64,000 nt of DNA from Camelus dromedarius (taxonomy: Eukaryota). This document shows, piece by piece, positions 24,222-35,902 of the stretch; within the stretch, counting starts at the first letter, position 1; each line of letters opens with the position of its first letter. The stretch covers positions 81,532,001 to 81,596,000 of the forward strand of contig NC_087437.1 in assembly GCF_036321535.1 (NCBI RefSeq), given 5' to 3'. The translations under genes were made by a program, and so were the position numbers. Under the pieces are notes generated by a model, which saw nothing but the letters and a program-made list of their open reading frames with translations, did not search any database and was not told where the DNA came from.

Positions 24222-24337
24222 CAGTTGTCCCTCAGAATCTGCGAGGGAATTGATTCCAGGAGCGCCCACGGAGACTAAAATCCGTGGATGCTTGAGTTCT
24301 GGGGGTGTGGAGCTGTGAGGACACCAAGGGCCGACTG
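24222..24337. mobile_element. Internally deleted Tigger-family (MER2-like) DNA transposon
   Basis: Imperfect TIRs CAGTTGTCCCT...AGGGCCGACTG followed by TA; internal AAAATCCGTGGATGCT. Confidence 0.7.
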
Positions 24338-26272
24338 TATATAACTGAGAAAAGAGTTCTTGTGTCAAAAAAAAATTTGAAAATGCTGCCTCGGTTATCT
24401 TGGCACTTGAGAGGAAGAACTTACAAAATGAATGAAATAAACATTTTCATACTTTAGGGATAATGAGATGAATCTCTCTTTAAATAAGAAAACTGATTTC
24501 ACATTTACACACTTATGTAAATATGTGATATGAATTCCTTCCAAGGCCATCAGAATCAACAAAGAACTGTTCAGACTGAATTTTTTTTCAAAATATATTT
24601 ATATCCTCCCTTGTTTCAGAAAGAATTTCATTTAGAGCAAGTGAGCCTCCTGAATTAAAATAGTGAATTATTTTAACATGTAACTTTAAAACAGGAATTC
24701 TTTCACGTCTGCTTTATTCTTGCCAAAAGTTCATAATGTGAACCTAATCATGAGGAAATATCAGATGCACTCAAGCTAAGCTTCTTTCTAAAAAATAGCT
24801 GGCTTGTACTCTCCAGATGCTGGCGTCATGAAAGAGGAAAGATCGAGGCCCTGCTTCAGAATAAAACAGCCTAGAGGGACGTGAAAATTGGTTGCAGCAC
24901 ATGATCCAGAATCGTGCTATAAAAAACATTATTGGGACAAGCAGTGAGATATGAATAAGGTCGGTAGATTAGATATAAAGGTATCGTGCCGACGTTAATT
25001 TCCAGAGGTTAATTATCCTACTGTGTTTCTGTAAGAGAATGCTCTCATGCCCTGGTTTGGGGATGGGAAGGAGAGAGAGGGAATAGATAAATGCTATCTG
25101 TTCATGTTTGGAGGGAACCTAGATGAACTGTGTAGTCTTTGTACTATTCTTGCAGCATTGCTCTAAGTCTGAAAACATATTTTAAAAAAAAAAACAATAT
25201 AAAGAAAAGATAAAACAAGAACTCTTAATAAGGTTTAGAGACAGTAAGTAGCAGCTGCTCACTATTCTTCCTTATTCCGCTTAGGATCTGGAAGAGAGAG
25301 CAGCTTACTGAAGGGGGATGATAGACACCCAGTCACTGTGGCAAAAGGGAGATGCCACGTGTGAGGCAAAGATGAATGGCGACAGTCCCAGCAGCCATCA
25401 CTGCTAGGCAGAAAGCATCGTGCTCAGGCGGACAATGAGATAGGGAGCTCCGGAGTGTCCTCCCCTGTCCATTCACAGAGCGCAGCTCAGGAACTAGGTG
25501 ACAATACATCTGAGTTTACTTATTTGCTCTGCCTATCACATGGCAGAAACATACCATTATTCTTGTCTGGCAAAATAAAACAAAAACCAAAGGCCCACCA
25601 CAAAGAAGTATTTTGCTCAAGGTCACTCAGTGAGCATGTTGCAGATTTGAAACACTATCCCCAAATTAATCGGTCTCCGGCTTATTGCTTTATATGTCAA
25701 GTTTGGCATCATCAGTGGAGTTCCTATTCTTCCCCGTTTTATGCCTGTGTCTCCCTGGTGCTTTACTTAGACTCCCTCGAGGCCACTGAACACCTGGACT
25801 GCCCCTGCTCCTGGATCTTACTCGCGAGTGTCCAGAGAGTTCCTTCTGTGTGCTTTGTAGAAGCACAGGGGAACACAGCATCATCACGGACTGTTTCCTA
25901 CCAGATTAAATATGAAAGGACAAGAGCAGCAGGAGCTTTTATCTTCTTCAAATAGTTAAAGGAGAATAAGTCACAATTATTTATATATAATAAGGGTGAT
26001 GAAAGCAGTCTCAAAGAACTAAAGGACCTTGGTAACAAAATATTCCACAGATGGTCCTTCAGGAATTCCTCCTACACCAGATGTCTTCAGTAATAATAAT
26101 TTAAAGCATTTATGTACATCTGGGCTATCTAAAACTGAGTGCCATTTTTTCAAAGATCTCAACACCAAGCTGTAAATGAAGAAGTTAGATTTGTTCTCAA
26201 ACTGGGGGAGGATGAACCCTTTGGCTTTTCTTTTCTAAAATGGCTTAAATATTCAATAATTCTGTTACTTAC

Positions 26273-26503
26273 CAAAGAGACAGAGCGTTTGGTTCTGAAG
26301 CACAGTTGCTCTTCAGAGGACTCTGAAAATGCCTGAATTTTGGAATGGGATCTTCCTTTTGATTCCAGTGACTCCTTGAATGACCCATCCCCTGAGCATT
26401 TTCTGTAATCCTGCACATGGGTACGGCTTCGGACTCCCTGGTCCTCATAAGAATGCCTCCTAGGATGGCTGTCAGATGACATGATTCTGGGAAGCACAGG
26501 AAA
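26273..26503 (-). CDS. LNP1: LNP1 middle coding exon (231 nt, phase 0/0)
   Basis: Acceptor CTCCCAG|TTT, donor TTG|GTAAGT; FPVLPRIMSSDSHPRRHSYEDQ...QLCFRTKRSVSL matches LNP1. Confidence 0.95.
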
Positions 26504-27174
26504 CTGGGAGTACAGAATAAAATGTTTATATTTTACAATATAATAAGACTGCACAATATTAGCACGGAGACAGAATGTCCATAAATTACTAACCAAACAA
26601 GTCTCATGTTGAACTGAAATTTTATCTTCTTGATCAGTAGGACCTTTTTCCTGCAATGAACCAGTGGAGTTGATTTATTAAAACGTTAAATAAAGCATTC
26701 CGAGACTAGCTTTGTTGCTGCTCCTCCGTCACCAGGGTGGTATAATGACATGCTCCAAGCCTTCAAGTGATATATAAAAATAAATTCTAAAATGATCAAA
26801 AGAAAATTTTAATGAAGCCCTAAATATTTAAGAAATAATACAAAGGTGAATATTTGTGTGATTTCTGTATAGAGAAGGAATTTCTGAGCAAAAGAACAAT
26901 GGAAGAAGTCATAAGGAAAAAAAATAATTTAACTATATAAATATAAAGCTAATATGCATAAAAAACAACATAAACTTTAAAATTTAAAGTTTAAAATAAA
27001 ATTTAAAGTTTTAAAGTTTGCTACATGTTACTAATGTTTAAAAATTATCCTGAAAATAAATAAGTATATCTCACATACTACAGACAAACATAGGTGCCAT
27101 ATAAAACAATGATATCAATGTTAAAGTCACAACTGAAAAATGATTAAAAGATAGTTTAGAGAAGCCAGACTTCT

Positions 27175-27614
27175 TTTTTTTAATCGAAGTATAGTTGATT
27201 TACAATGTTGTGTTAGTTTCAGGTGTACAGCAAAGTGATTCACTTATACATGTACATATATGTCTCTTTTTTTCAGATTCTTCTCCACTATAGGTTACTA
27301 CAAGATATTGAATATAGTTCCCTGTGCTATACAGTAGGACCTTGTGGTTTATCTATGTTATGTATTGTAGTTTGTATCTGCTAATCCCAAATTCCTAATT
27401 TATCCCTCCCCTACTTTCCCCTTTGAAAACCATGTTTGTTTTCTATATCTAAGAGTCTCTGTTTTGTAAATAAGCTCATTTGTATCATGTGTTTTAGATT
27501 CCACATACAAGTGATATCATGTGGTACTTATATTTCTCTGTCTGCCTTACTTCACTTAGTATGATCATCTCTAGGTCCCTCCACGTAGCTACAAATGGCA
27601 TTATTTCATTCTTT
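27175..27614 (-). mobile_element. 5'-truncated L1 3' end
   Basis: L1 3' UTR with T tail on the left; 16-bp TSD GAGAAGCCA(G/A)ACTTCT at 27159-27174 and 27615-27630. Confidence 0.9.
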
Positions 27615-27639
27615 GAGAAGCCAAACTTCTTGAAAGAAT

Positions 27640-29070
27640 TGTGATACTTGCTCTCTCAATTTCTCTCACTCCCCAACCCACTCCAGTCTAGTTTTCTCAC
27701 TCACACTGCTGTTGGTCAGGATATTGGTCTCCATGCCAAATTGTATGCACTTTTTGGCCTTTAACCATTTAGGAGCTTTCAACCCAGGTGCCCACGGGGC
27801 CTTTCTGGAAACAGTCGTTCTCGTGCCTTCTATCACCGCACCCTCTTGGCTTCCCTCTGATCTTTCCGCCATGGTGTTTTAGACATTTTTGCTCACTTTT
27901 CCCTTCCACGTGCTCATAACTGCTGGAGCTCCCAAGAGATCTAAATTAGTCTTCCTTGCCTTCCTTTCCTTGCTCACCTTACAGTTTCTCCCTAAGCATC
28001 TCATCCCTGGGCTTCAATTTCTATCTTATGATTTTTGTGTATTTCTGTGGTGTTGGTTGTAATTTCTCCATTTTCATTTCTTATTTTGTTTATTTGTGTC
28101 CTCTCTCTTTTCTTCTTGGTGAGCCTGGCCAATTTCTATCTATTACCTAGTTTCCTCTTTTGTGTTGTTAGCCCAGACCTCTCCTCTCAGCTTCTGCCCA
28201 CTCAGCTTCTCCTCTCAGTATCCCATGGACACCCAACCTGACTTGTTCAAATTTGAACCCGTTATCTCTCCTCCCCAATCCTGCTTCTTAAGTGTCCCCT
28301 AACTCAGAAGATGGCACCACCATTTGCCTGGTTTCTCAGACCGGTAGCTCAGAAGCCATCCTCCACATCCAACTGCCAAGTCAGCAGATTCCATCTCTCA
28401 AGTGTCCCCCAAAACCATCTGTTTTTTTCCCAGCATCACTGTTACTACCTAGTCCGAGGCATCATTACCTTTCACCCAGATTATAGCAGCAGCCTTCGAG
28501 TAGTGACTATCTGTACTCACTCTTACTCACTTTATTTCATGTTTCCCACAGCAGCCAGCATAGTTAAAACAACGACAGACTCAGACCTAAACAATTTTCC
28601 TTTTGCACCTCATCTAGCACCACCCCAGCCCTTCAGTGACACAGCCTCACTGGACTTCCGTTGGGTCCTCCAGCTCACCTGCTCCTGCTGGGCACAGGCA
28701 CTTCCACTGGTGGTCCTCTCTGGCTGTGACCTCACCCACCACCCCAACCCATCACCTCGTTACTGGCTACTCACTCTTCACTCCCTGTGGAAGCTGCATT
28801 TCCCCAGAAGGCCTTTCCTACCACCCTGATTGGTTCAGGCCCCTGAACCATTGTAGAGGCTCTCCTAGCATCTCATACTTTATGATACTTATCACAACTA
28901 TAATCAGTAACTTGGTTAATTTTGTTATACATCTCTCTTCTCCATTAGACTATATGTCTTCTCACGCCAAGGGCTGTCTTTCATTCTCTGCTAGAATCCC
29001 AGTATGCGACACTAGGCCTCATTTATAGCCTGAGCTCCTTACGTATATATTGAATGAATAAATGTATAAA
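27640..29070 (+). mobile_element. LINE-2 remnant
   Basis: Pyrimidine-rich L2 motifs ending in ...TATTGAATGAATAAATG near 29050-29065. Confidence 0.7.
28027..28129 (-). mobile_element. 103-bp internal L1 ORF2 fragment with TSD and no poly(A) tail
   Basis: Minus strand encodes ARLTKKKRERTQINKIRNENGEITTNTTEIHK (ORF2 between EN and RT); 12-bp direct repeat CAATTTCTATCT at 28015-28026 and 28130-28141. Confidence 0.85.
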
Positions 29071-29356
29071 GAATGAAAGAAAAAGAAATACAAAATGGTA
29101 AAAATTATTTATGCTTAGTAGTAGTCAAAGATTTTGTTAAAATGCAATAACATACAATTTTGCCTTTCAGGTTAGGAAAAAAAAATTTTTTTTTAAATGA
29201 TACTAATCCTGGCAGGAATACCGGGGGATGGACACTGCCATTCCTTGCTGGTAGGACTATAAATGTATACAGCTTTCCAGGAAATATGTGTCAAATGTGT
29301 CAACATGTGTCAAAAGGCTTAAAATAGTCCCTTTCTTGGGTTCATCCACTGCACGT

Positions 29357-29749
29357 TGTTATGGGCTAAATTGTGTCACCCCTCCCCCCCCAAATTCATA
29401 TGTCAAAGCCCTCCATGAGTAGCTCAGAATGTGACTGTATTTAAAGCTTAAGTTAAAATGAGGCCATGAGGATGGGCCCTAATCCAGTCTGACTGGTGTC
29501 CTCATAAAAGAGGAAATTTGGATACACAAACAGACACCAAGGATATCCTCACACAGAGGAAAGATCATGTGAGGACACAGTGAGAAGGTGCCATCTTCCA
29601 GGCAAGGAGAGTGGTCTCAGGAGAAACCAAATTTGCCGACACCTTGATTCTGGATTTCTACCCTCCAGAAATGTGAGAAAATAAATGCGTGTTGTTTAAG
29701 CCCCCCAGGCTGCGGTGTTTTGTTATGGCAGCCCAAGCAAACTAATACA
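29357..29749 (+). mobile_element. MaLR MLT1-type solo LTR
   Basis: TGTTATGGGCTAAATTGTGTC...AAACTAATACA; TSD CACGT/CATGT. Confidence 0.9.
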
Positions 29750-30479
29750 CATGTCTAGAAACTTACTCTCACACAATAATCAGAAAGATGGTTGAAGCTG
29801 TATAACGCTGCTAAGATGCATGACGTAAGCCTGTGTGTACTGTTCTACTTGCTGTAGCTCAGACATGGTACTTGGTGCTGTGGTTCAGCTGGGGAGCAAA
29901 ACAGACCCAGGGTCCCCCTCTTTATGTCTGCAAGTGAGATAAACACCAAACAAACGGGACATGGGCCTACACCCTTGGCCAAATGCTATACAGGGAAAGT
30001 TCAAGGTGCAATGAGAGGGTAGGGCAGAGTAAAACTATGCCCGTCTGGGTGGGTGCTGGGGTGGCTGGGAGGATCAGAAGAGACTTTCGTGAAGGGGTGA
30101 CAATTAAGCTACAATCTGAAGGATGAGCAGGGTTAATTAGGGAACAGAGATGCTCGTCTGCCTGAGGAGGAGCACCATATGTGCAGAAGCCCTGCCACAG
30201 AGGAAGCTTGCTGGCCTGGAAGGAAGAGAAGCCCGGTGGGGAGTGGGCCGGAGAGGAGGGGGCCGGAATGGGGAGGCAGGGAGGGGCTGGAAGTCTGGGG
30301 AGATCATCATCTTAAAGTGATATCAGCCCTAAAACACACACAACTGTGACCAAGGGCTTTCTCTGTGATGTGGGGTTGTTTTCGTCCTTTTCCTTTTTCA
30401 TATTTTCCATATTTGTCTACAGCAATCATGCATTATATTATCAGGAAAAAAACTTAAAAATTTTGAGGCTGGGACACAG

Positions 30480-30770
30480 TAGGACCAATACTGCATGTTT
30501 CCATTTACAGGAGGCATCTGAAGTAGTCAAGGTCATAAAAGCAAGGAATAGAATAGAGCTTGCCAAGGGCTGGGAGGAGGCAGAAATGGGGAGTTGCCAA
30601 TCAACGGGTATAGTTTCAATTATGCAAGATGAGTTAAGTTGTGGAGGTCTGTATTTATACAACATTGTACCGATAGATAACAACATTGTATTGTACACTT
30701 AAAAATCTGCTAAGAGGGTAGATCTCATGTTACATGTTCCTATAGCACTAAACTTTTAAAAATAAAATTT
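30480..30770 (+). mobile_element. L1 3' end fragment
   Basis: ...GTATTGTACACTTAAAAATCTGCTAAGAGGGTAGATCTCATGTTA... L1M 3' UTR motif. Confidence 0.75.
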
Positions 30771-31198
30771 AAAGAGTTGAGCCTGGGAGTGAAATGCAGG
30801 TGTTTGTACAAATGTCCTCCTTCATTGAGAGGCCTGAAAAGAGTGGCAAGGGTTTCCATCGAAACATAAATAAGGTATACACTCATACACCTGATGTCAG
30901 GTGAAATTTCCAGTTTGTTTGTTTTGGTGTGAGACCTTGTGAGAAACAAGCCTAAGAGAGCATTCTAATTGGTTACAGGGAAAAGCTCCCACTTTTAAAA
31001 ATATTTACTTCCTAAGCAAGCTCGACTTTTGGAAATTTTATATGCCCTTCTAATTCTATTTCCCTGATAAAGACTTGAATCAATGCCCTAAATAGCTTAT
31101 TTTTACAAGGTATGGACTTGTCACCTCCATTGCCATGGACCAACCCTATCAATGGATCTCCCATGCTATGAGGCAGGCTCTGGCATTTGGGATGGGAA

Positions 31199-31276
31199 CC
31201 GCCCCCCCCACCCCCACCCCCTCCCCCACCTATCCCCACCCCTCCCCCACCTACTCCCCCCCCCACACCCTGCCCC
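31199..31276 (-). repeat. C-rich low-complexity tract (G-runs on the minus strand; G-quadruplex potential)
   Basis: More than ten runs of 3 or more C with short spacers. Confidence 0.85.
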
Positions 31277-34200
31277 GAGCGAGCTCCCCCGAGCTCCCAG
31301 CTAGTCTCCTCAGCTCCCAGGCTACAAAGCCTGCAGCTGACGTTGACTTCCAAAGTAATAACCACCCAACACCCTGACTCTCACTAAAACATTGTGCTTT
31401 AAAAGCATTGCTGTTTCCCAGTGTGGTCCCAGAAAACCATTTTTGTCAAAGAAAAGACCTATGCACTCTCTGACCCCACATAGGTTCTCATCTTTTAAAA
31501 AAAAAAAAAGTTATGTACTATTATCTTCACTTCAGGAGATTACCTACTTGATGTTCTTTATTCTGGCTTTAATTACAATCACCCTTCAGTTGTACCCCTC
31601 CTGCCCTCTGAGTAAATGCAAGCACCTGAACTACCCATTTAACAGCAAGATGAGAAACAATGGGGAGGAAGATCCAGCTGCTGAGATTAGTAAGACCTGT
31701 GCTGATCTCAGGGCACTTATCATGTACTCCGGGTACTGCGTCCTTGGTCTCTAGCCTCAGAAAGACTCCTACAAGCAAGTCATTCTTCCCCTTTTACAGA
31801 TGAGGAAAATGAATTTTACTTTGTCTAAATGACTCGCCTAAGATTCACGTGACTAGTGACTTTCCTGGAGAGGTAAAGTGCCGTGCCTAAGCATAAGACG
31901 TCTCTTTCTTGGATGAATACTCCTAAACTTCAACAGCAGCAACAACTTCATTCTATTTCTGTGTGAAACTGCCTGTACTACTTATAACAGAATTCTATTA
32001 TGAAAGTAATAATAATAATTTGTAGGTCTTCAGGAATTAGTCTAAAAGAATTTATGTGAGGAATATTTTATAATGTAGTCTAGTTGCCTATCAACAGATC
32101 CCAGAGGGTTGTACCCAACTAGCAATATATGAAAACAGCATCAGGGGTAAAAAAAAAAGATTCAAGTGTTCAACTGGTAAAATGGTAGGTCAATACCATC
32201 CACTGAATATCCTTTAGGGAAACTGAAAGACATTTTAAACTCTGACATATAAGAAGAATAGGTTCTTATTAGGACTAGGCACTGTCCTAAGCACATTGTA
32301 CTCATTACTCACTGAATCTTCACAACATCCTTATGAGATATATTCTGTCATCATCAATCCTATTTACACATAGGAAGTCTGAGGCAGACAGGTTAAGGAA
32401 CTTGCTCAGAGTTATGCTGCCAGTGGTAGATGCCAGGAGGCTACGGCCAGAGCCCTCACTCTTAACCCCTCCACTCTGCTGCCTTCCCAGCAACTCCTCT
32501 ATCTCAGCATCTAGTGGAAGAGAGAAAAGCCCACAGAACATTATGATCAAAGCTTCTCTGTATAATTGTCACTGATGCCTGAAATTCTATCACTAGTTTC
32601 ATTTCTTTGAATTAGGCATTGTCTTCTATTGAAATTAAATCCAAACTTAATCTGAAAAACCAGAAACCACTGTTAGTCATGAAACTTCAGGGCATCCCTT
32701 TCTTTTCAGGTGTCTGAGAAATCCTCTAAGGGGGCCATTTCCCACCCCATCCCTGTGGGGGCAGCTACAGGAGGACCACCGCTGTGGTGAGATACGACAA
32801 TGATAAGAGTGTGTAGCCACCCTCCGATCAACCAGGGATAAAAATTAAAATGAAATGTATCTTCTGCTGCTTTCAATTGGGAATATGAAGAGAGAACATA
32901 AAATTGGTTAAAGGTGATTATTTTTTAAAAGATAAAGTTATCCCTTGAGTGCAGACAGGTAGAGGCTTATTTTGTATCCCCTCGGATGATACCATGTAGG
33001 CCAACACACACTGTGCCTACCTTGAGCACTGAAGAGGCATTGAGAAAGACCATTTGGAGTTAGCAAAGCCCTAGGCCAGGGAACTCAGTTCCTCCTTGAA
33101 GAGGTCTTTCATTTAGCGTAATCCTTCCTTCCTAGGTCTGTACAGAACAACATTAGAAGAACCATGTTAAGCTGAAGGAGAAGATGACTAGAAAGTTGAA
33201 TAGACTAAAGTATTGCAAATTCACTTTCAATGGATAGAATAAATAAGGAATATGGGGACTGTTTTACTTCAGGTTTGTATACAGGTGAGGAGGGAGGGAG
33301 AAGGTAGATCAGTTCAGTGTGGAGAGAAACTTCGTATTACTTACTTTTTTCCTTTTCACCAAGGACCTCAGGACAGTAAATTTAGATTTTGTAATTTGCA
33401 TTGAATCAGCAATCACATTATAATGAGTCTTGTCAAAAGTCGTGTTCTCCGAGAAAGACCAAGCGTTACCCCTTGTCTACCTTTTTCTTTCTGCCACATT
33501 TGTATTTGCCACTAGACTGGAAGTTCCACAAGCACAGAGACCACGTATGTCTTCTTTGACTCTGTAATCCTATCATGCCTTGCACAATGCTGGGCACATA
33601 GTAGGTGTTTGATAAATATGTTGAATGAATTAATGCTCCATCACTCTGGTTCTGCAAGAATCATAAGGCTGAAGAGCCACATTAGAAATCACATTGAAAT
33701 AGGAAAAAAGGGGAAATTTCTTCTCTTCCTACACCCATAATACTGATGGATGTAGTTTACTAATAGGTTGCAAGAAGGAAGAGCCTTAGATTGGAGTGGT
33801 GGGGAGAGAAGAAAAAAGATAAGGTAGGAGTAAGCTTTTTTAAAAATTATTTTCATTGTGCTCAAAGCAAACACAAAAATTGAAAACCCAATTATTCTCA
33901 AATCTCTAAAGCAAGAAAAATTTGAGCACGTTTTAGAGTTGAGAAAAGTTCAGTAGCCAACTACAGATTGACTTCACAAATGCAGGGCATTGTGTGCACA
34001 GAGATGAAGACTCAGACATCCTATTTGCCAGGATTCTGGCCACATTGCCTCAGGTCCCTGATCTGTGCTCTGGGATCTGTGCTTTCTCTACTCAGGCAGG
34101 TTGTGATGTGTACCCCACGCTTTGTCTCCTCAAATATGCTTTCTGCATGTTAGTCTGATAATTATGGAATTCATTGTTGACTTAAAGAATCTAAACAGGT

Positions 34201-35746
34201 TAATTCAAGGAAATGCCCAAAGCCAGTATGAGCAGGAAAAGATATATCTGCCCATCTAGAAACGTTACACAAAACAAATTCTGAGATTCCCTGACAGTTT
34301 AAGGCAAACAACATTGCAAACTGTAAGTGGCTTCTCTTAATAGGGTGGATTATCCCTGTTTTTAAAGTCTAGTAGATGCTAAAAGTTATTCAAGAAACTG
34401 TAAGTCATTTCTTTCCTTGTTTTCATATTTTCTGTATATTCGTATTTCATATTTTCTCCAAAGGGCTGTTGTGATAAATAGTGAATCTCATTTTTTTTTC
34501 TCTTTGTTTCTTTCTGGTTCTCACTGTCTGGCAAATAGTCATCACACCCGTGGTTCACACATTATGAATACCTCACTTAATGTGAGACTTCAGAGGTTAA
34601 AATGAGAGCTTGATAAGCAGGTGTTTATTTTATAAAAGAATGGTAGAAAGTTAGAGCTAGAAGGGTTCTTAGAGATCATTCAGTGCAAACTCTCTCCTTT
34701 TTCACTTAAAGAATCTAAAGCTCAAACGTGCCCTTTGTCCCTGAGCATGCATTTGTAAGAGATCTATTTTCAAATATTTATGTCTCAAAGAGATCTTAGT
34801 CCTCAAACTCCCTGATCATTGAAAGCAAAAGAGATTGCCTTACATTTTATTTTTTTTGTTTCTCCCCTCCTCTCTTTTTTTCCTCTGTACATTTTAATAT
34901 ACTTCATATGCATTATGCTTCTGGGAACTCTGGAGGAAAAATAAAATAACATTGCTCCAAAACTTATTTGGTTCTGGAGTTAGCAGAAGCAGGGGGTTGG
35001 GGAAATATTCTCTGGTAGCTGGAATTCTAAGTGACGTGAAAAAGAAAAGCTATAATATTCCTGTATAACTGTGAAGTAGAGGACATACATGTCTACCGTG
35101 GAGCCTTCTGGCACCTCAGTTGAGCAGAAAGAACCCTGCCTGTCCCTGCTGTCAAGTCTACACCTGGTCAGGCCCACCCAGTCCCCTCTTAGGAGCTTGC
35201 CCGCTCACATCTGCCTCCCTCGACACCGGATGCTCTGCCTAGCCATGGGGAAATAGTGCTGAGGATGGGAGAATTTTAGCTTTCTCTCCCACCAGAAAAC
35301 CAAAGATAGTGATTTATTATGTAGAATCCCCAGTTCCTTGGAGGCCACCAAATAGTGGAGCTTCTGCAGTATTTCAAAAGGATTATTGGAAATCGCACAC
35401 TGATCCACCCCAGTGCTATACAGACTATAACATCAAGTTTTTTCCCTTTGGCTCGAATTACATTACCACTCAATAGGATTATCTCAGGCTTATCAGGAGC
35501 CCTGGATAGCAGTTAAATATAGCTTAGTTGCTAAAAATGAAAGAATCATTACTTAATAGATGAAAATCAGTTCCCTTGGAGGACAAGATAATATGATAAA
35601 AGGGAATTTTATGAGTATAAAAAAAGGTTTTGAAGTACTGATTTTCAACCAAAGAAAACTTTATACCAAAGGACTCTTCAGAAAGATCAAATAGAAATCC
35701 CCCTCCCCTAGGCCAGCTCTCCCCTGGTTCCATGATAAAAACTCAC

Positions 35747-35902
35747 TGGGCAGGGCAGGGAGGTTTTCCTGTAACTGGCGTCTTGTGATCCGTGGCGGTC
35801 CCGGAGTCCTCTCTCTTCCTCCTCTATCCAGCTGTGACCCCAGAAGCTGCTCATCCATTTGGCAAAAGACACATCATCATCATCATCATCTTTGTGCTCC
35901 AT
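35747..35902 (-). CDS. LNP1: LNP1 (leukemia NUP98 fusion partner 1) first coding exon; spliced CDS = 179 aa
   Basis: ATG at 35902-35900; MEHKDDDDDDVSFAKWMSSFWGHSW...RKTSLPCP; donor CCA|GTGAGT; likely acceptor TTTAG| with exon start at 35935. Exons of 156+231+153 nt join in frame. Confidence 0.95.

Noticed and set aside
31012..31387. Poly-Gly and poly-Pro ORFs
   Set aside because: By-products of the C-rich tract; no splice or homology support.
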